Below, one piece after another: positions 56,679 through 64,000 of a DNA stretch of 64,000 bases; position 1 is the stretch's first letter, and each line of letters begins with the position of its first letter. The stretch is taken from positions 72,230,001-72,294,000 of the forward strand of contig OX597816.1 of NCBI GenBank assembly GCA_951406725.2. The letters are read 5' to 3'. Under the pieces are notes generated by a model. The model was not told the origin of the DNA and made no database searches. It saw only the letters and a program-made list of their open reading frames with translations. This DNA is from Octopus vulgaris (Eukaryota). Position numbers and translations under genes: made by a program.

Positions 56679-56679
56679 A

Positions 56680-56933
56680 CAAGGTCCTTTCGGAACCATA
56701 AGCTCATAAGATCGGTTTCTCGGATTCTAGGTTTCTGTGGCGTTTATTTTTCTTACCCACTAGACAGGACGTCAGCCTGCCGCAGAACTACGCATTTTTA
56801 CTGGCTGAGTGGACAGGAGAAATAGAAGGAAGTGTTTTGCTCAAGAACACAACACGTCGTCAGTCCAGTAATCGGAACCACAAGATCACGATTATGAGCG
56901 CAACACCGTAACCATTTAGCTACGCGCCTCCAC
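56680..56933 (-). mobile_element. Family C SINE
   Basis: Colinear with 7020-7270. Confidence 0.8.
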
Positions 56934-57599
56934 TATTTACACGCGCACGCACACACACACACACACACATACACGCACACACGCTCACACGCGTGTGTGA
57001 ATGCGTGTGGCACCGTTGAGAAACAACCGTATCTGTTTAAATCTCATATCTAAGAGGAGCGACAAAACCGTCACTTTTATAATAAGTACCTGATTTTAAG
57101 TACGTCTACGGATGTCAAATTGACTGTAACTCTTCAAGGCGATGCCCCAGAATGGCCACGATCTAATGACTGAAACAAAACTGATAGGATTTTATTTCTT
57201 CCACTCACTAAGAGTCAAATTTTTACTGACTGAAGATTTTGGGTGCCCTTCAGAGCAATGTCATCGAGACTCCATCAAAGTTGTTACGCGAGTATCCTCA
57301 AGTCATTGCTGCTCCCGACTACTGAAGGTGGATATCTGTTTCTCGACAAAGAGGTTTCGGCTCTTCAATCAAATGGACAATCAACTCCTGAATTGACGTA
57401 TAAGTGGCTGAGTATTCCACGGAATATGTACTCTTAACATAATTCTCAGATAGGATTAGTATGTGTGACAAAACTGTACCTTTTGAGTTAAAGCTACGAT
57501 CCGTCTTACAGGCTTCTATACATTTTCCGCCTTTCCAATTAATTAACTCACAAACGGCAGGGTGACCCAAGGATGAAAAAAAAAAAAAAGAAAAAAAAA

Positions 57600-58140
57600 A
57601 GAAATCACAGAATGATTCGAAGTTGGGGCGAAACTGGGATTTCGTGGTTGTGAAGCGAACTTCTTAATTATTCGGCCATACCACACTTTAGTACACCTTT
57701 AAAAAAGCCTTAAAGGATTTAGTCGAAGAAATCGGTCTAAGTACTTATTTTTTAAAACCTGGTACTTAATCTATCGATCTCTTTTACCGAACCGCTAAAG
57801 AAACCGACAGCAGTTGTCAAACGATGTAGATGTGCGCACACACAGACAGACACACACACATACATTATTGGTTTCTCCCCGTCGATTTCGACGTACGAGG
57901 GTCTAACAGCATAGCTACAATAGAAGACACTTAACCAAAATATCGAGCATTAGGATTGAACCTGAGACAACGTGGTTGCAAACGAGCTTCTTTAACCATA
58001 CACAGCCATACCTGCGTCTTCTCAGTTAAAGGATCGACTCGAAGATATAGACAATGACACTGCGAACGATGAATCGCAGTTGAATCGAACCTGCCACGCT
58101 GTGCTTTTGAAGCGAATTTACCATTCGGCCATACTTTGCT
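57600..58140 (-). mobile_element. Degenerate family D SINE with repeated head fragments
   Basis: TAGAAGACACTT, CGTGGTTG..CTTCTTAA..CAGCCATACC; ATTCGGCCATAC..GTACACCTTTAA occurs at ~57670 and ~58123. Confidence 0.65.
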
Positions 58141-58654
58141 TCGGTACACCTTTAATAATAATAAAAAAAAAAGAAGCATTTATTTATTTTAATTATTTAT
58201 TCCTAGTTCTCCACATCTGACTGACTGACCAGATCGCCTTCACGCTTCAATGATTATACTAGTCGGTTTGTCTACCTTGTCTATTTATACACTTGGAGAT
58301 TCGACTAGATCAGTCTAGATGTAACACCATAATGGCTTTTAAATATAGCAGACACTCATTGCCTTTATTTATTTATTTATTTAGAATGAACGCCTAGTCT
58401 TGTCTCAATTAAGAATTGACAAAGTTTGATATGTGTGTGTGTGTGTGTGTGTGTTAGTATGTGTGTGTGTGTGTGTGTTAGTATATATGTTTGTTCGTTT
58501 GATGTACGTATTTATATGTGAGGGTAGTGTATGTAATTCTCCGAATGATAATGTGGCTGTGTGTAATGCGTGTGTAGTCTGCAGTATGTGTAAATGTGTG
58601 TGTACGTGTATGCGCGTGAATAAGTGTGTGTGTGTGAATAAGTGTGTTTGTGAA

Positions 58655-58900
58655 TAAGTGTGTGTGTGCGTGTGAGAATAAGTGTGTGTGTGCGTGTGAG
58701 AATAAGTGCGTGTGTGCGTGTGAGAATAAGTGTGTGTGTGCGTGTGAGAATAAGTGTTTGTGTGCGTGTGAGAATAAGTGTGTGTGTGCGTGTGAGAATA
58801 AGTGTGTGTGTGCGTGTGAGAATAAGTGTGTGTGTGCGTGTGAGAATAAGTGTGTGTGTGTGTGTGAATAAATGCGTGTGTGTGTGTGTGTGAATAAGTG
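58655..58900. repeat. 24-bp minisatellite (AGTGTGTGTGTGCGTGTGAGAATA), about 10 copies
   Basis: Direct reading; translates as CVCACENK repeats. Confidence 0.95.
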
Positions 58901-60052
58901 TGTCTGTGTGTGGGTATATATGTATGTATATTCGTGTAGTGCATGTATGAAAGTTAGTGCGCGTGCATGTATATATGTACGTGTCTGAGTGGGTATGTGT
59001 GTGTGTGTAGGTGTGTGTGTGTGAGTGGGTATGTGTGTGTGTGTATAAGTGTGTGCAGGTATATATTTATGTATGTACATGTGGTGAATGAAAGTGAGTG
59101 CGTGTGTATCTGTGTGTGTGTGTGCTCATATGGTGTACATATGCGTGAGTATAGCGTATGTATATAAGTGCGTGAATAAGTGTAGTGTGGTTAGAGTGTG
59201 TGTGTGTGTGTGTAAATGTAATGTGTGCGTGAATTCTGTTTCTGTAGTATATGTGAAAGAATATGAGTGTTGAGTATATATGTGTGTGTGAATGTGTGTG
59301 AATATGGGAGAGAAAAATGAGAGAGAGAGAGACGGAGGAGAGAGAAAGAATGACAAAAGAAGAGGAGAGAGAGAGAGAAAGAGAGATGAGAAAAAGAGAT
59401 TAGAGAAAGAGATGAGAGCTGAAGAGTAAGAACTGAGAGAAAGTGAATGAGAAAGAAGAGAAAAAGAAAAGGAGAGAGAGAGAAGATGAATGAATGAGAG
59501 AGTGAGTGAGTGAAGATAAAATGAAAGAAAGAGTGATGACAAAACTGGGTGATTATTAAATATCTAGATAAGTCGAAAAGATGTCTGATAAAGGAATGGT
59601 AATCAATGGTGCGCACACACACGTATATATGAATTTTGAAAGAGACAGACAGAGACATTCAAACAGGGCATTTGATAGGCAATTAGGTAGGTTTGTACGC
59701 AGGACAGTTGATAGGTAATTTAAGTATGTTACAGATAGTTGGCTTGTAAAGTGGGTGCTAACGTAATTAATGTAATAAGACGTTTTAATTAATTAGAGTT
59801 ACAATGATACTGATGAGGAAATTTTAGATTGATTAATAGAAAAGTCGGTAGGTCGCTCGGTCGGTCGGTCGGCATACATACATACATACGGGCGCAAGCA
59901 TGCGTACGCACTCTCACACAGGCATGGCTGTTTGGCAAAAAGTTTGCTCTCCAGCCAGCGTCAGGTTCAGCGTGGCACCTTGGGCAAGTGTCCAAGACAC
60001 ACCGAAGCCTTGTGAGAGGATATGGGGAACAAACTGAGAACACATACGAGTA

Positions 60053-61075
60053 CGAGGTGGTGGTGGTGGTGGGGGGCTGAAAGTTCATAGGCTGATTAAG
60101 GAGTGTTGTTAGAGCTGTGAAATCTTGCATACATTAATTTCAACTCTTATCAATAACTGCGTTATTTATTTTCAGGTAAACCAATCTTTGAGTGTTCAAA
60201 AAAACCTCAGAAGTAACTAGTAGAAACTTCCCTTGAGAATGAACAAAATTTGGTATCGTACTCTTACCAAGTACCTGCAAAAAAAGGGTTTAAACCACTG
60301 AGGACATTGATACTGATACGCTTGCTAATTAGAGGGATGAGATGACACTAACTTTACCAACAGTGTAAAAATGAGCATTTTAGGAGTGGAAGGGAGAGTC
60401 TTGAATATGACCCAAGATCTGGACTTCCTGCAACTGCCACTATCGAAGAAAACATTGATCGTGTTCAACACATGGCGATGGATAACAGGCGATTGAGTAT
60501 AAGTCAAATAGCCAATGCTATTAGCATATCCCGTAAGACAGTTGATAATATTCTGCGCAAGGAACTTGGCGTGACGATGATTTCTGCTCGATGGGTACTA
60601 CGTCTTCTGACACCTGATTAAATGCTTGCCAGGCTGATCACATCACAGGGAAACTTAACATCGCTTGAGGCGGAGCCAACTGGTTTTCTTGAACGTTTCC
60701 TAACCCAGGATGAGTGTAGGCTTCATCACTTTGAGTCAGAGACAAAGAGACAATCGATGCAGTGGAAACACCCCTCCTTACCTGTTCCAAAGAAAGCCGA
60801 GGTCGTTTCATCTGCAGGGAAAGTGATAGCCTTAGCTTTTTGGGATGCAAAAGGCATTGTGTTTATGGACTATCTTCAAAAGGGCCACACCATCAATAGA
60901 AAATGCTACTCCAACTTGCTGATGCAGTTACGAAAGGCTATCAAGATGAAACGCTCAAGAACAATGAAGAATGGTGTCTCGTTGTACCAGGACAATGATC
61001 CAGCACACAAGCCCTTCGTTTCAATGGCTGTTGTAAGTCACTATGGCTTTGAACTGGTTGACCATCCTTCCTCTG
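60053..61075 (+). mobile_element. Mariner element relic (Hsmar2/irritans-like), 3' truncated
   Basis: TA|CGAGG..AAAGTTC left end; MNKIWYR start at 60239; ARWVLRLLT, LTQDE, ETKRQSMQW, FWDAKG, QDNDPAH, ELVDHP motifs; stops and frameshifts. Confidence 0.93.
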
Positions 61076-61084
61076 TACCGTGTT

Positions 61085-61830
61085 CTAATATTATTTGCAT
61101 AATAGTCTTTAGTGTTAAACTGTAAAAAGGTGACAACTATTTGTGCTTGGGACCGCTTAAAACCATTCGGTCACAGCGTAAGTTTTATTCTAGACAGGTA
61201 AGGGATAGTGTATTTTTATGGAGGTATGTATAATTTTTTCCGTCTAATGAGGCCAAAATCAGTTTTGGATGAGTTTATTAGTCTGACAGATGGGTTATTA
61301 AAATTTGATTTATGGTCTTTCATTGTGATATACGGGATTTCATTGAGATGTATGAGCGTTTAGATGTTAAGAACGTAATCTGCCTTAAATACTGAAATTA
61401 ACAGTTATTTTTTTGGTGCTTGCGTTTATGACATTTAATGTTACATAAAGAGATGATGGTAAGGAACTTTACCTATTTAGAAAAAAAGATATTTACGCTG
61501 GCTTGGATGAAGTTAATTTTCTGTTGGAGCTTATTTTGCAAGATGTTCGATTTTTCCGTTTGGTCTAATGTTTATGATAATTATGAAGTGTTCGTCTTCC
61601 AATCATTGTAACAGAGAGTTTGATAGTAAGCATTTAACCATCTTGAATCCATAGTTCTTTATCGTTCTTGATTTGTTTATTTTTGTCTGTTGCGTTGCGA
61701 TAAATTTCCCATCTCAGATCCCTGTTGAAATTTTGTAAGTAGTGCAAGTGTCTTTGCGTAAATAGTATTTTTTGTAATTAGAGTTATATTCTTTATGAAG
61801 AAAGTGTTAAGCGAATTACTAGATATTATT
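61085..61830 (-). pseudogene. Degenerate Penelope-like reverse transcriptase ORF (N-terminal half)
   Basis: Ordered motifs KNITL, LRWEIY, YGFK..LEDE, PYITMKDHKSNFNNPSVRLINSSKTDFG, VTEWF, TFLQFNTKDYY (cf. FITLKDHK.NF..NP.CRLINP, F..FDI..FY). Confidence 0.85.
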
Positions 61831-62410
61831 TCCAATCAAGTATTTTATTGTCAGTCGATAGCGTATAAACAAAAAACGAAGTCACCATCAAACGTTTCTT
61901 GTAAAAATTTATATAGTATTCTACCTAAAAGTATTGGCAAATCCTTCAATTAAAGTTCAATATATCCACTCATGCATGTGAAGGTGTGTGTAACTTTATT
62001 TATATATATAACTTATAAATAAGGGCAAACGAAAAAATCTCTAATGCCAAATATGCCGAAATTAGACACCCTGTCCATAACCATATAATTTTTCACAATA
62101 CGCACGCTACTCAAAAAAGGTTGACAGAAATCTCTAAAAAATTCCATTATTACCATATAGGACCAGTGATAAATGTGGCAAAAAAATAAATGAGATACTC
62201 ATACCCATGGAAGAAGCAAACACTAAGTCATGAGCACAACTAAGTACCCCAAATACGTCCAAAATAGAAATTCCCCAGCCCATTTGAGACATGTGCGATT
62301 TGAACTGAGGCTCTCACAGAGTGAGAGAGTCCGAAGTGAACACTATTAAATTTATATTTAATGTAGGATAAAATTTTTTCGAAAAATTTTTTAATATGCT
62401 GGCCATTGAT

Positions 62411-62448
<38 letters not shown>

Positions 62449-62449
<1 letters not shown>

Positions 62450-62826
62450 TAGCAGTATCGCCCGGCGTTGCTCGGGTTTGTAAGGGAAATAACTATAAAG
62501 CATTTTTAGAGAGTTATAGCCAAAAAATAGCAAAAAAATGGAAAAAAAATTATGGTAAATTTTTTGAGAGTTAAAAAGGTCGAGTTGCGTCCCCTAGACA
62601 GTCTGTGGTTTGTGTTTCTGATTCTCGACCCCATGTCGAATTTATCGATTTTTTTCAGAACTGGGGGAACTTTTCAAAATTTTGTCTGCGTTAGTTTTGA
62701 ATTATGACATTGGGCTATGTGTGTGTCAAGTTTCATCAGATTCGGTTGAAGGCCGTGGTCAGGGTGAGGGTACAACCTGACAGACACACAGACACGCACA
62801 CAGACAAACTGCCGTTTATATATAGA
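62449..62826 (-). mobile_element. Non-autonomous Helitron, same family as 4201-4566
   Basis: Reverse-complement match; CTAG and hairpin at 62449, TC start at 62826. Confidence 0.9.
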
Positions 62827-62886
62827 GAGATAATTGAATAAGATAGAGTCAACAAGAAAGAGTACGGTTGGACAGTTATTTTTCAA

Positions 62887-62990
62887 ATCACTACACATGT
62901 TTCTATACAACAGTTTTTCATATACACAGGAATTTGATTATGCAACGGTTTACCTGTATAATGGGATCCAGTTGTATTTCTTCAGGTGAC
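62887..62990 (-). ncRNA. Type I hammerhead fold with long stem II
   Basis: GTCAC-CTGAAGA-aATACAAC..ATACAGG..CCTGTGT..GTTGTATa-GAAA-CATGTG-TA-GTGAT; GUA triplet; A.A mismatch at the base of stem II. Confidence 0.72.
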
Positions 62991-63384
62991 ACTCAATTGC
63001 TGTCCCCGTTAGTTACAAAACCTTTAACTTCGATGCTAACACATCCATCTGCTTTGTTTGAATTTAGTAGACGATGGCAGTTTCATTTCGCTTGCTGTTA
63101 ACGTGCTTCTGCGTGCCTGCTATGAGTAGTATTGGATGCATTGGCTATTTATTTTGTTCCCCGTGTTAGGCTGCACATGTGAAATTTTATGATCCGACCT
63201 TCAGCATTCGTTGGCACAGAGACATATACAACATCTCCCTTATATATTTATATATATATATTTATATATATATATTTCACGTATACATGCCCATATACAG
63301 ACGCAGATACATTCACATATACCTTCACCGATATACAATCACTTACATACATATACACATACCTCTCCGGGCATCCTCCTATAT

Positions 63385-63675
63385 ATCACCGTGACCGACC
63401 AGGCTATCAGATGTTGCTAAACATCGCTGGTCACAATGCGCTTCGCATTCAAATGACGCTACCCCGCTGGATAATCGAGCAGGCCAACAGTAGAAAGAGT
63501 GAGAGAAAGCTGTGGCGAAAGCGTACTGCAGGGATCGCCACCAGCCTCTGCCGGTGCCTCGTGGAGCTTTAGGTGTTTTCGCTCAATAAACACTCACAAC
63601 GCCCGGCTAGGAATCGAAACCGCGATCCTACGACCGCGAGTCCACTGCGCTAACCACTGGGCCATTGCGCCTCTA
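63385..63675 (-). mobile_element. Family A SINE, full length
   Basis: Complete tRNA-like head and the same tail as 103-386. Confidence 0.9.
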
Positions 63676-63701
63676 CCCTCCTATATATATATATATATAT
63701 A

Positions 63702-63769
<68 letters not shown>

Positions 63770-64000
63770 TACTAGACTACCCGTGACCCGTTGGGTCACC
63801 GGGAAAGTCTGAGTTTCCCAGTAACAGAGTTTTGTTTCGTGGTTTATTTTTCTTATCCAAGTTATTTTGCAATTTACTGGAAAAAAAAAAACAGCAAAAA
63901 ACAAATCGCATTCTTTCGTTCTCAACTCACTGTGTCTAATCGAAAAGTAAGAGTTACTTCCTTTTCAAGATCAAGTTGATTTCTGAGACGTTTACAAATT

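Noticed and set aside
58655-58900. Regular repeat considered as a CRISPR-like array
   Set aside because: No unique spacers; a simple eukaryotic minisatellite

Overview
AT-rich, repeat-saturated eukaryotic DNA. The SINE families and the microsatellite load point to an Octopus genome, intergenic or deep intronic, with a 100-N scaffold gap at 6909-7008. I can support no intact host protein-coding gene, and most listed ORFs are translated (TA)n/(CA)n microsatellites. Mobile elements include several tRNA-derived SINE families, non-autonomous Helitrons (a head-to-tail array at about 49.2-56.2 kb, one copy with a PIF1-helicase fragment), two mariner relics, four TIR MITEs, and RTE, R4/Dong, Tx1-like and Penelope retrotransposon fragments. 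The most interesting signal is a set of type I hammerhead-ribozyme folds in Penelope-like terminal sequences. One is an intact fold inside a 583-bp terminally redundant, retrozyme-like unit (20525-21204). It and two others have unusually long stem II arms, and a fourth has a G3-C8 swap of the catalytic core pair. Several fold-back palindromes are built from hammerhead 3' halves, including a 1.4-kb palindrome at 2327-3733. All folds were read by eye and are untested.
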